From Candidatus Omnitrophota bacterium (GTDB lineage Bacteria; Omnitrophota; Gorgyraeia; Zapsychrales; JAKLDJ01), in NCBI GenBank assembly GCA_022703585.1, contig JAKLDJ010000004.1:2814-66813 (forward strand): a DNA stretch of 64,000 bases. Reading direction: 5' to 3'. Shown here in pieces: positions 12,643 through 21,632 of the stretch. How positions within the stretch are numbered: the stretch's first letter is position 1; each line of letters starts with the position of its first letter. A program made the translations under genes and the position numbers. Below the pieces are notes generated by a model. The model made no database searches and was not told the DNA's origin. It saw nothing but the letters and a program-made list of their open reading frames with translations.

Positions 12643-13103
12643 GCGAATCGACGAGCAAGCATGAACTCTACCAGCAGGTGATCCTCGAGCACAATAAAAA
12701 ACCGAGGAACTTTAAGAAGATTGATAACCCCACGCACTTTGCCGAAGGTTATAATCCGCTCTGCGGGGATCATTTAATGGTCTACTTAAGCGTCGATGAC
12801 AAAGGCATCATACAAGAGATTTCTTTCGAAGGCTCGGGCTGCGCTATCTCAAAGGCCTCGGCGTCAATGATGACGGTCAGCCTTAAGGGAAAAACGCTCG
12901 ACGAGGCAAGAAAATTATTCGAACAGTTTCATAAGTTGGTTATTGGAAAACTTCATCCGGAAAAAGATGCTCATACCTTAGGAAAATTATCTATTTTCTC
13001 CGGTATCTGGCAATACCCTGCGCGGGTTAAATGCGCTATCCTATCCTGGCATGCGATGAACGGTGCCATCAATAAAGTTCAAAACGTATCAACTGAAAAC
13101 TGA
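12639..13103 (+). CDS. sufU: SUF scaffold/sulfur-transfer protein SufU (IscU-like)
   Basis: 154 aa; GDHLMVYL...[17 protein letters not shown], conserved Cys residues of the SufU/IscU family; 4-nt overlap with sufS. Confidence 0.85.
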   Translation: MSESTSKHELYQQVILEHNKKPRNFKKIDNPTHFAEGYNPLCGDHLMVYLSVDDKGIIQEISFEGSGCAISKASASMMTVSLKGKTLDEARKLFEQFHKLVIGKLHPEKDAHTLGKLSIFSGIWQYPARVKCAILSWHAMNGAINKVQNVSTEN

Positions 13104-13105
13104 TT

Positions 13106-14170
13106 ATGGCGCCGCTTGTCTTAACTGAACCATCCGCCTGCTCTGACAAAAAAAATAATTTGAAAGACACCCTCCAGAGACCGCTGCAGGATTTGCGCAT
13201 TTCGGTCATCGATCAATGCAATCTGCGCTGCGCTTATTGCATGCCGGTTGACCATTGCCATGAACAATACTCATTCTTAAGAAAAGAAGAGAGGCTTCAT
13301 TTCGATGAAATCGTACGTTTGGTGAATATTTTTGTTCGTCAAGGTGTCGCTAAAGTCCGCATAACCGGAGGGGAGCCTCTTTTGCGGGAAAATATTACCG
13401 AGCTTATTGAGAAAATAAGCGCGGTAAAGGGGGTCCGGGACTTGGCCCTTACCACCAACGGTATTCTGCTGCCTCGTTTTGCCCGGATGCTTAAGAATGC
13501 AGGCTTGAAGCGCCTTACGGTAAGCTTGGATACACTGGATGACAAGATTTTTCGCGCGCTTAACGGAGGTCGTGCCGGTGTCGCTCAAATCATCGACGGA
13601 ATCCGTGCTGCCGAAGCGGCAGGATTTATTTCAATCAAAATCAATGTCGTGGTTAAAAAGGGAATCAACGACCATTGTCTGCTGGATCTGGTGAATTACT
13701 TTAAAGGCACCCGTCATATTGTGCGCTTCATCGAATATATGGATGCGGGAAACCGCAATGACTGGCAAAAAGACCTGGTCGTGCCGTCTGCTCAAATCTT
13801 GAGCCGCATCCGGGAACATTTTTCTGTCCGTAATATCGAGCCTAACTACTACGGAGAAGTCGCAGACCGGTATCAGCTGACAAATCACAAAGGAGAAATC
13901 GGGTTTATCTCTTCTGTCAGCCAGCCGTTTTGCCAGGACTGCACGCGATTAAGGCTTTCGCCGGACGGAAAACTGTATACCTGCTTATTTGCGGGAGAAG
14001 GGAAAGATTTGCGCACGCTTTTAAGAAATGGCGCAACCGACGAAGCGATTTATCTGGTCACGGAAAATCTCTGGAAGAATCGTACGGATCGATATTCGCA
14101 AGAGCGTTCTACCGGAGGGGGAGCAAAGGGGATTTTAAAAAAGGTTGAAATGTATCAAATCGGTGGATAA
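13106..14170 (+). CDS. moaA: GTP 3',8-cyclase MoaA (radical SAM)
   Basis: CNLRCAYCMP radical-SAM CxxxCxxC motif, C-terminal second cluster Cys (CQDCTRLRLSPDGKLYTCLF); 2 nt after the sufU stop. Confidence 0.9.
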   Translation: MAPLVLTEPSACSDKKNNLKDTLQRPLQDLRISVIDQCNLRCAYCMPVDHCHEQYSFLRKEERLHFDEIVRLVNIFVRQGVAKVRITGGEPLLRENITELIEKISAVKGVRDLALTTNGILLPRFARMLKNAGLKRLTVSLDTLDDKIFRALNGGRAGVAQIIDGIRAAEAAGFISIKINVVVKKGINDHCLLDLVNYFKGTRHIVRFIEYMDAGNRNDWQKDLVVPSAQILSRIREHFSVRNIEPNYYGEVADRYQLTNHKGEIGFISSVSQPFCQDCTRLRLSPDGKLYTCLFAGEGKDLRTLLRNGATDEAIYLVTENLWKNRTDRYSQERSTGGGAKGILKKVEMYQIGG

Positions 14171-15151
14171 CTACCAGATTACTTCGCGGACGCTAGCCGG
14201 CATCCCGTTAAACGTTCCTACCAATCGGACTTCCCGGATTAAATCAAAGCCAAATTTTTCTTTTACTGCCTGCTTCATGCGAACAGCGAGGTCAAAAACA
14301 TCCTGAGAGGTGCAGGTGCCGGCTTTAATAATGATGTTGGCATGTTTTTCAAATACTGCGGCACCATTCGCGCGCATTTCCTTTGCCCCAGCCTGCTCCA
14401 AAAACCACCCGGCAGCTTGACGCCTGCCGGCAGACGAGGTAGGCTCAATATTTCTAAAAAAGCTTCCGGCGCTGGGATATGTTTTGACATCAGGATGTTT
14501 TTGTCGGCGGGTCTCAAGAATTTCTTGGCGCTCTTTAAGCAACCCTTCAGGGGCAAAGACTTTAAGTTTAAACCGGGCCGAGACAACCACCTCGCCGGTT
14601 TCCTTTAAATTCGAATGACGATAACTAAAACCCATCTGGTCGGCTTTAACCTCGCGCGTATTTCCTAATCGATCCATCAAAACAACGGATTTTAGAGAAT
14701 CGCCGATTTGTTTGCCGAAAGCCCCGGCGTTACCGACAATGGCGCCGCCCACCGTTCCGTAAATCCCCGAGGCGAAACCTAATCCTTCTAAACCGTTTTC
14801 AGCCGCAAAAATAGCCAGGTGGTCCAAAAGAGTGCTGCCGGTAACAGCCAGCTCATCGCCGGTGTGCTCAATTGCCGGAATGTCGCTCAGGTACCGGATG
14901 ACAATTTGATCGATTCCCTGGTCAGAAACAAGCAAATTTGATCCGCCGCCGATCAAGAGGAAATCCATTTTTTCTTTCGCTAATGCGCTGATGACGCTTT
15001 TAAGCTGTATCGGGGTCTGGCATTCGATCAGGCAGGGGCAAAAACCACCGAGTTGAAACGTCGTATAATCACAGAGCGGGGCGCCTATTATTAATTTGGC
15101 CTGTGCGTCCAGAATGGAAGGGATATTGATTTTTGTAAACAGAGAATCCAT
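14171..15151 (-). CDS. murB: UDP-N-acetylenolpyruvoylglucosamine reductase MurB
   Basis: 326 aa; FAD-binding LLIGGGSNLL motif; conserved MurB C-terminal region. Confidence 0.85.
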   Translation of the reverse strand: MDSLFTKINIPSILDAQAKLIIGAPLCDYTTFQLGGFCPCLIECQTPIQLKSVISALAKEKMDFLLIGGGSNLLVSDQGIDQIVIRYLSDIPAIEHTGDELAVTGSTLLDHLAIFAAENGLEGLGFASGIYGTVGGAIVGNAGAFGKQIGDSLKSVVLMDRLGNTREVKADQMGFSYRHSNLKETGEVVVSARFKLKVFAPEGLLKERQEILETRRQKHPDVKTYPSAGSFFRNIEPTSSAGRRQAAGWFLEQAGAKEMRANGAAVFEKHANIIIKAGTCTSQDVFDLAVRMKQAVKEKFGFDLIREVRLVGTFNGMPASVREVIW

Positions 15152-15696
15152 CAGCTTTTCTTGGCTAAAATCGGCTTGCCTTCTTCATGGCGTGCCAGCA
15201 AATACAGGTAGTCTGACAGCCGGTTAAACCAGGCGATAAGAATTTTATTATCCATGATTTTGTTCTCAAAAAGTTTGACGATTTTTATTTCGCACCGGCG
15301 GGTAACTGCACGGGCATAATCGATGTAGCTCGCAGCGAGAGAGCCGGCGGGGATAATCATCCCTGCGGGAGTTTTAACTTTACACTCAAGCTCCCGGCAT
15401 TTATCGTCGATAATCTTAAGTGTTGCCGCATCAATACGCTTCGAAAGTTTCCCGAGGGATTTTTGGCTTGTAGCCAATTCGGCAGCCGCCGTAACAAGGG
15501 CATGCTGGATGAAAATAATTTCTTTCCTAATCCCGTTTTTTCGAACATGGAATCTGGCTATCCCCAAGATGCATGTCAATTCATCAATCTGGCCGCAAAT
15601 CTTAGGCCGGGGGGAATTCTTTGAAACCCATTCTCCGGAGAAAATCCTGGTCTGGCCTTTATCACCCTGTTTTGTGGTAATGCTTTTTTTATCCAT
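15151..15696 (-). CDS. ATP:cob(I)alamin adenosyltransferase, PduO type
   Basis: 181 aa; N-terminal TKQGDKGQTRIFSGE (PduO-type TKTGDKGxT-like); correct size. Confidence 0.75.
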   Translation of the reverse strand: MDKKSITTKQGDKGQTRIFSGEWVSKNSPRPKICGQIDELTCILGIARFHVRKNGIRKEIIFIQHALVTAAAELATSQKSLGKLSKRIDAATLKIIDDKCRELECKVKTPAGMIIPAGSLAASYIDYARAVTRRCEIKIVKLFENKIMDNKILIAWFNRLSDYLYLLARHEEGKPILAKKS

Positions 15697-17230
15697 CTTT
15701 TAAATTCTCCGTGATGTAGGCATTGAGGATATCGATGCCGCCTTTTAGCGAAAAAACATTTTCAAATCCTTCTTTTCGTAAACGGGCCGCCAGCACCTGG
15801 CTGCGCATTCCCCTAGCACAGAAAAATAAATATTTTTCGTCTCTTCCGATTGCCGGAGTTTTGAGATTAAATTTTCCAAAGGGAATATTTTCACAGGTTA
15901 GGGATTTTACCGGATATCGTTCGATTTCCTTCGGCTCGCGGACATCGATCAGCTTGTATTGCCGGAATTCCTTTACCGAGAGAGCGTTGATATCGAGAAT
16001 CATGGCGTTTAAATCCTGATAGTTTTTGTTTGCGATTTGTTTAATTGTAGCACGTTCACCGCAAAGCGGACAAGCGCGATTACGTGTTTCCGTGATTTTC
16101 TTAAGCGTATACGACATAAGATCAAGAATTAAAACTTCGCCGGATAATAGGCCGGGCAGACCAAGAATAAATTTAATTGCCTCTGTCGCTTGGAAAATTC
16201 CAAAAATCCCCGGTACGACACCCAAGGTTCCGCCTTGAGCGCAGGTCTCGATACAGTTTTCGTGTGGGATCTGCGGCCACAAACAACGCAGGCAGGCGTT
16301 CTTTCCCGTCGGATTTAAGAAATGTATCTGTCCTTCGAGATGATAAATACTAGCCTGGATAAGCGGAATTTTCCTTAAGACAGCTAAGTCATTCAATAGA
16401 AATTTTGCTTTGAAATTATCCGTACAATCCACCATGAGATCGTATGTCCGGCTGATCCGTACGGCATTAGCAGGTGTTAATCTTTCTTGGTGAACTTGAA
16501 TGGCGATAAAAGGATTTAACGATCTCAGTCGTTGCGCGGCCAAAACAGCTTTGGATTGGCCGATATCCTTAATCGAATACAAGGGCTGGCGATGCAAGTT
16601 GTCAATCGCAACAACATCGTCGTCACAAATTCCGATGGTGCCGATACCGGCCGCAGCCAGATAGGTTAGAGCCGAACTTCCCAGGCCGCCGGCGCCGACG
16701 ACTAAGACACGCGCTTTTTTAAGCTTTCTTTGTCCGTCTTTACCGATTTGAGGCAACGGGATCTGGTGCGAATAGAAATCTTTTTCGTTCGATTTTTCTT
16801 TCGATAGTGTCAGAGGAGAAGGATGACCGCTAACCCAAAGAGATGTGCCGTCAGCATAATATTCTTTTTTCCAAATCGGCAAGCGGATTTTGAGCTCATC
16901 AATCACATACCGGCAGGCGGCAAAGGCGTCTTTCCGGCGTCCTGCTTTCACCGCAATCCAAACGGCAAGTTCACCCGGGCTTAATCTGCCGATACGATGA
17001 ATGCAGCAAACGTCGGTGGCGTCAAATTTTGTTTTTACCTCACGAATTATTTTTTCTGCTTCTTTTTGGGCGAGTTTTTCAAATGCCTCGTATTTAAGCG
17101 CAACGACTTTCTTTCCCTGGGTTTTGCTTCGCACAATACCTTTAAACTCGACCAGAGCTCCGCTTTCGGAATCGGCATTGCTGTTGTCGAATCTCAGGTT
17201 TTTGATAGGCCTTTTTGAAAGGATGAACAT
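15689..17230 (-). CDS. moeB: Tri-domain fusion: MoaE-like molybdopterin synthase catalytic domain, MoeB/ThiF E1-like adenylyltransferase, and C-terminal rhodanese
   Basis: N-terminal ~140 aa has MoaE-like IHRIGRL..GE..V.. and IWKKE motifs; centre has the Rossmann VVGAGGLGS motif plus Zn-binding CLRC..C; C-terminus has a rhodanese active-site loop FFCARGMRS; moaD lies immediately upstream in the operon. Confidence 0.8.
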   Translation of the reverse strand: MFILSKRPIKNLRFDNSNADSESGALVEFKGIVRSKTQGKKVVALKYEAFEKLAQKEAEKIIREVKTKFDATDVCCIHRIGRLSPGELAVWIAVKAGRRKDAFAACRYVIDELKIRLPIWKKEYYADGTSLWVSGHPSPLTLSKEKSNEKDFYSHQIPLPQIGKDGQRKLKKARVLVVGAGGLGSSALTYLAAAGIGTIGICDDDVVAIDNLHRQPLYSIKDIGQSKAVLAAQRLRSLNPFIAIQVHQERLTPANAVRISRTYDLMVDCTDNFKAKFLLNDLAVLRKIPLIQASIYHLEGQIHFLNPTGKNACLRCLWPQIPHENCIETCAQGGTLGVVPGIFGIFQATEAIKFILGLPGLLSGEVLILDLMSYTLKKITETRNRACPLCGERATIKQIANKNYQDLNAMILDINALSVKEFRQYKLIDVREPKEIERYPVKSLTCENIPFGKFNLKTPAIGRDEKYLFFCARGMRSQVLAARLRKEGFENVFSLKGGIDILNAYITENLKDG

Positions 17231-17246
17231 CGTTCAATTATCCCGG

Positions 17247-17504
17247 CTAACCGCCGGCCAAAGGGGGAATAAAAGTAACAGAGTCCCCGTTTTCTAAGAT
17301 AGTTTTCCACGATTTAAAAGAATCATTTACCGCAATTTTTAAAATATCAGGGCCCAGCGTGAATCCATGGCGATCTTGCACATAAGCATACAATTCACCG
17401 GCCGTCTTTGCTTTGGTTGTAATCCGCTCGTGAGTCAGTCCGCTTTGCTCGCGTAAGACCGCGTAATAGAAAACGTGTACTTTTTTGGTTTTATTCGTGG
17501 GCAT
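17247..17504 (-). CDS. moaD: Molybdopterin synthase sulfur carrier subunit MoaD (ThiS/MoaD family)
   Basis: 85 aa ending in GG; beta-grasp-type small protein next to moaE/moeB. Confidence 0.75.
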   Translation of the reverse strand: MPTNKTKKVHVFYYAVLREQSGLTHERITTKAKTAGELYAYVQDRHGFTLGPDILKIAVNDSFKSWKTILENGDSVTFIPPLAGG

Positions 17505-17550
17505 TTTAGGTCAATAGGAGCCGGGAAAAAGAAGAGGTGCCTTGTGAATT

Positions 17551-17805
17551 TTAATACGTTACTTCTACCACGCCTTTTATAATGGCACATTGACAGGCCA
17601 ATCGATTATAACGGTCTAATCCGAGCGTCTTTTCTTCCGGGGTTAGATCGCTTAAATTCTCGGCGCCTTTAACAATCTTAATCAGGCAGCTGCCGCAGAC
17701 GCCCGTATTGCAATTGAAGGGGACGCCTGCCTTTGCGCATGTTTCCGCAATCGGTATACCGTCGGTAATTTCATGCGTTTCGTTTCCTACTATTAATCGG
17801 GCCAT
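17551..17805 (-). CDS. fdx: [2Fe-2S] ferredoxin
   Basis: 84 aa; CNTGVCGSC (Cx4Cx2C) plus a distal Cys (LACQC); immediately downstream of ispH, same strand. Confidence 0.8.
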   Translation of the reverse strand: MARLIVGNETHEITDGIPIAETCAKAGVPFNCNTGVCGSCLIKIVKGAENLSDLTPEEKTLGLDRYNRLACQCAIIKGVVEVTY

Positions 17806-18726
17806 TTATACCTCGGGAACTGTAAATGTGATTTCTTTGCTGGCCTGCGCAGCCGTATGGATCTTCACATCCGGATATTTCGTCTGAATTTTTTTGATCA
17901 AGGCATCGACAATCATTCTGGGAACAGAAGCCCCGGAACTAATCCCGACACGACAATGCCCCTCGAGAAGATCTGGATTAAAATCATCAGCCGTATCAAT
18001 CATTATCACCCGGACGCCTTCTTTTTCGGCTGTTTCCTTAAGGCGGTTGCTGTTGGAACTATTTTTAGAACCGCAAATAATAATCATATCGCACATCTTT
18101 GCCAGCTCCCTGACGGCATCCTGCCGGTTTTGAGTCGCGCAACAAATATCGTCCTTAGGGGGAGAAATGAGCTTGGGAAATTTTTCTTTGAGTTGTGCAA
18201 TCAATGCGGCCGTATCAACAGAAGAAAGGGTTGTCTGGGTAATGTAGCCAACCGGTTTATCCGAGTCAATATTCAGATTCTTTATATCCTCCTGTGTATT
18301 TACGAACCAAAGTAATTTGGGGTCTACGTAGCCGGCGGTTCCGACGAGCTCCTCATGATTACGATGGCCGATGAGTATTGTCACAATACCTTTTTTAGAA
18401 AGATTGGCTGCTTCCCGGTGAACTTTGGTCACTAAGGGGCAGGTGGCATCAATATATTTAAGTTTCCTTGTTTTGGCATGCTCGACAACCGAAGGGGCCA
18501 CGCCGTGCGCGCTAAAAATAACGCGTGAGCCATGAGGAATCTTTTCGATGTCATCAACGAAGATAACCCCCCGGGCTCGGAATCTTTCCACGACAGAGGT
18601 ATTGTGGACGATTTCATGAAAGACGTAGAGGGGTGTACCGTATTTTGCCAATGCCCTTTCGACTGTTTCGATAGCGCTGGCAACACCGGCACAAAAACCT
18701 TGGATTCGGGCGAGATAGATTTCCAT
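17806..18726 (-). CDS. ispH: 4-hydroxy-3-methylbut-2-enyl diphosphate reductase IspH/LytB
   Basis: 306 aa; N-terminal FCAGV cluster Cys, conserved IspH body. Confidence 0.9.
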   Translation of the reverse strand: MEIYLARIQGFCAGVASAIETVERALAKYGTPLYVFHEIVHNTSVVERFRARGVIFVDDIEKIPHGSRVIFSAHGVAPSVVEHAKTRKLKYIDATCPLVTKVHREAANLSKKGIVTILIGHRNHEELVGTAGYVDPKLLWFVNTQEDIKNLNIDSDKPVGYITQTTLSSVDTAALIAQLKEKFPKLISPPKDDICCATQNRQDAVRELAKMCDMIIICGSKNSSNSNRLKETAEKEGVRVIMIDTADDFNPDLLEGHCRVGISSGASVPRMIVDALIKKIQTKYPDVKIHTAAQASKEITFTVPEV

Positions 18727-18808
18727 TTGATTTACCGTGCGTTCTTAATTATAATTGGTACATTATAACATTTTGGAATAGTGCATCAAAGCCAATTCTT
18801 AAAACCAC

Positions 18809-20041
18809 GTGTCCGTTATAACCATGTCAGAGATTAAACGCAGAAAAACACCATCCGTGCCGATCGGGAATCTCGTCATCGGCAGTAGGCACCCCATTGC
18901 CATTCAATCCATGACCAACACGCCCACCGCCGATATTCCGGGGACCGTCCGTCAAGTTAAAGAACTCATTGATGCCGGCTCGGAGTTGGTGCGTATCACC
19001 GTCGACAATGAGGCAGCGGCAAAGGCAACCGTAGAAATAATCAGCCAATTACGCGCCGAAGGCTACACGGCCCCCATCATCGGTGATTTTCATTTTAACG
19101 GACACATCTTATTAAGCAAACACCCTCAAACCGCCAAATGGCTGGATAAATACCGCATCAATCCAGGCAATGTCGGTAAGGGCAAGGGAAAAGATGATAA
19201 TTTCTCGACTATTATAAAGATTGCGGCTGATAACAATAAGGCTGTGCGCATTGGAGTTAATTGGGGATCTTTAGACCAGGAACTTTTGACCGAGCTTATG
19301 GTTAAAAATGCCAGGGCCAGAAAACCCAAAAGCGGCAAAGAAATTGTTTGCGATGCAATGATTAAAAGCGCTCTCGATAGTGCGTCAGCGGCTATAAAAT
19401 TAGGATTAAAGAAAGAAAAATTGGTTTTAAGCGTTAAGCTGTCCGGCCTGCAAGACATGGTGGCCGCCTATGAGGGGCTTGCCAGGGCATGTGATTATGT
19501 TCTACATCTGGGCTTGACTGAATCCGGGTCGGGCACGCAGGGCATTACTGCCAGTACAGCGAGTTTGGCAATCCTTTTGCAGCAGGGAATCGGCGACACC
19601 ATTCGAATTTCGCTTACTCCTGAGCCCAATACCGGACGCACACTGGAAGTCGAAACATGCAAAGCGCTTTTACAGAGCATGGGCTTACGATACTTCGCAC
19701 CGAGCGTAACCACCTGTCCGGGATGCGGTAGAACCAACAGCGATTATTTTCAGCAACTGGCTAAAGATATTAACACCTACGTTGCCGGGCAAATGCCGGC
19801 CTGGAAAAGAAAGCATAAAGATATCGAGCAATTAAAGATTGCGGTCATGGGATGTGTCGTTAACGGCCCCGGAGAAAGCCGCCATGCCGATATCGGCATC
19901 AGTTTGCCCGGCGCGACAGAGAAACCCGTAGCACCCGTTTACGTTGACGGCAAACAATACGCAATTCTTAAAGGAGAAAAGATTAAAGAGGAATTTGTTA
20001 AGATTTTAGAAGATTACATCCGGCGGAAATATAAAAAATAA
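18809..20041 (+). CDS. ispG: 4-hydroxy-3-methylbut-2-en-1-yl diphosphate synthase IspG/GcpE
   Basis: 410 aa; TIM-barrel N-domain, C-terminal CPGCGRT cluster-binding Cys; divergent from ispH. Confidence 0.9.
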   Translation: MSVITMSEIKRRKTPSVPIGNLVIGSRHPIAIQSMTNTPTADIPGTVRQVKELIDAGSELVRITVDNEAAAKATVEIISQLRAEGYTAPIIGDFHFNGHILLSKHPQTAKWLDKYRINPGNVGKGKGKDDNFSTIIKIAADNNKAVRIGVNWGSLDQELLTELMVKNARARKPKSGKEIVCDAMIKSALDSASAAIKLGLKKEKLVLSVKLSGLQDMVAAYEGLARACDYVLHLGLTESGSGTQGITASTASLAILLQQGIGDTIRISLTPEPNTGRTLEVETCKALLQSMGLRYFAPSVTTCPGCGRTNSDYFQQLAKDINTYVAGQMPAWKRKHKDIEQLKIAVMGCVVNGPGESRHADIGISLPGATEKPVAPVYVDGKQYAILKGEKIKEEFVKILEDYIRRKYKK

Positions 20042-20094
20042 ATATGGAGCGAAATTCTCACGGTAACCTACGCACAACATGGAAAGGAAGGAAA

Positions 20095-20439
20095 ATGACC
20101 AAAACTGCTTTTGCTGTTGTTAGCCTAATGCTTATCACGGGTCTTGCGGCACCCTGTCCGGTAAATGCCCAAATCCCCGAGCGGCCTAAAACAAAGATTG
20201 TTACCGGCGCGGTTGTCGATTCGGACTGGGTGGGATCAAAGATTGTTGTCAAATGGTACGATGACCTTCAGGATGCGTACGATGAGCTCACGGTTATTGT
20301 CCCTGACGATGCCCTGATCACCAAAGGCGTCGATACCATCAGCTTTACCGATATTCACCAAGATGATAAAGTCAAAGTCGAGTATTACAGCGATTCATTT
20401 TCGGGCTTAAAAGCCGCTCGGGTCACAGTACAGATGTAA
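20095..20439 (+). CDS. Hypothetical secreted protein (signal peptide)
   Basis: Internal ATG at 20095 preceded by ggaaaggaagg RBS; MTKTAFAVVSLMLITGLAAPCPVNAQ signal peptide; no recognisable domain. Confidence 0.5.
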   Translation: MTKTAFAVVSLMLITGLAAPCPVNAQIPERPKTKIVTGAVVDSDWVGSKIVVKWYDDLQDAYDELTVIVPDDALITKGVDTISFTDIHQDDKVKVEYYSDSFSGLKAARVTVQM

Positions 20440-20619
20440 AATAAGGACGACTGTTGGATAATTTGATGCGGCTTTTGGGTCAAGCGAAAAAAACGGTGTT
20501 TGCCCAGCGGCACAAAAGCAAAGGGGTACATAATTTTTGTTCCCAAAATTTTGGAATCGTGTTAAACTGTTGCCGAATTAGAGAAATTTTATAACAAGTT
20601 TTAAATAAAAGGATGTGCC

Positions 20620-20979
20620 ATGAGAACAATTCTTCTTGTTGATGATGAAAAAGCTATGCGCAGCAAATATAAGAAAATCCTTAAGAAAGAGGGGTTCAAA
20701 GTCATTGAGGCCCCCAAGGCGATCGAAGTCGCCAATGTCCTCATGCGCGAAAAAAGCAATATCGACCTGATTTTGCTGGATATCAATATCCCGGAAGTGG
20801 ACGGACGGGGGATATTTGACATTGTCGATGAATACGCGCCGGAGTTGCCTATCATTGTGACCAGCGTGCATCCTTTGAATGACCAAAAACTGCGGATTCC
20901 CCGGGCCGCGGATTATTATAATAAACTGCAGGACCAAGAGGTTTTACTTAAGAAAATACGCGGCGTGCTCGGCATTTAG
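20620..20979 (+). CDS. Stand-alone response-regulator receiver domain protein (CheY-like)
   Basis: 119 aa; LLVDDE, phospho-acceptor in ILLDINIPEVDG, no output domain. Confidence 0.8.
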   Translation: MRTILLVDDEKAMRSKYKKILKKEGFKVIEAPKAIEVANVLMREKSNIDLILLDINIPEVDGRGIFDIVDEYAPELPIIVTSVHPLNDQKLRIPRAADYYNKLQDQEVLLKKIRGVLGI

Positions 20980-21041
20980 TTTATTTTCCTAAAATTCGCC
21001 TCCCGTCAAAATTCCATGGACAAAATAACCATCGGCGTAAA

Positions 21042-21614
21042 ATGATATTTCTTTCCATCCGTTTTTGTTCTATTCTCGCACTTCTCTTAATTCTTGCCCC
21101 CGTCAAACTTGCCTATTCCCAGACAACCCAGGAACAGGCACTGATTGAAACGCAGAAAACCGTCGCGCTGATCAACTACGTACAAAAAAATACCTATCTT
21201 CAGAAAGTCGCCGACCAGGCTTTTGCTGAAATCAGCCAGGGAATAATCGTTGCCCAAAAAAGTAACAATAATCAGTTGCGCGAGATGCTTAACAAACGCA
21301 ACGAAGAAATTTTTGATGCCGTCATGGAGGAGTTAAAGAATTTCGACGTTCCTGAGGAATTAGTGTCCTATCATATGAAAATTATCGATGTGTACACCTT
21401 CCGCAAGCTTGCCAATGAAGCCCTTTTGAACAACAATGTTGAATCATCGAGAAAGCTATTTTACCAGAGCGCCATGTCGCACATCCGCGCGCTTGACGAA
21501 TTCAAAGTCATTCTCATGGCGCACAATGTCCCCGATGACGTTATCCGCGGCATCGAAGAAACCATCCTTAAAGAACGCCAGTCACTGCGAGAATCGGGAT
21601 TATCAGGCCGGTAG
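21042..21614 (+). CDS. Hypothetical secreted protein
   Basis: 190 aa; N-terminal hydrophobic signal peptide ending AYSQ; otherwise unrecognised. Confidence 0.5.
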   Translation: MIFLSIRFCSILALLLILAPVKLAYSQTTQEQALIETQKTVALINYVQKNTYLQKVADQAFAEISQGIIVAQKSNNNQLREMLNKRNEEIFDAVMEELKNFDVPEELVSYHMKIIDVYTFRKLANEALLNNNVESSRKLFYQSAMSHIRALDEFKVILMAHNVPDDVIRGIEETILKERQSLRESGLSGR

Positions 21615-21632
21615 GAAAAATCCGGGAATGCT

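Noticed and set aside
20540-20580. Possible sigma54-type promoter (TGG...TTGC) upstream of the orphan response regulator
   Set aside because: The GG/GC element spacing does not match the -24/-12 consensus (GG-N10-GC)
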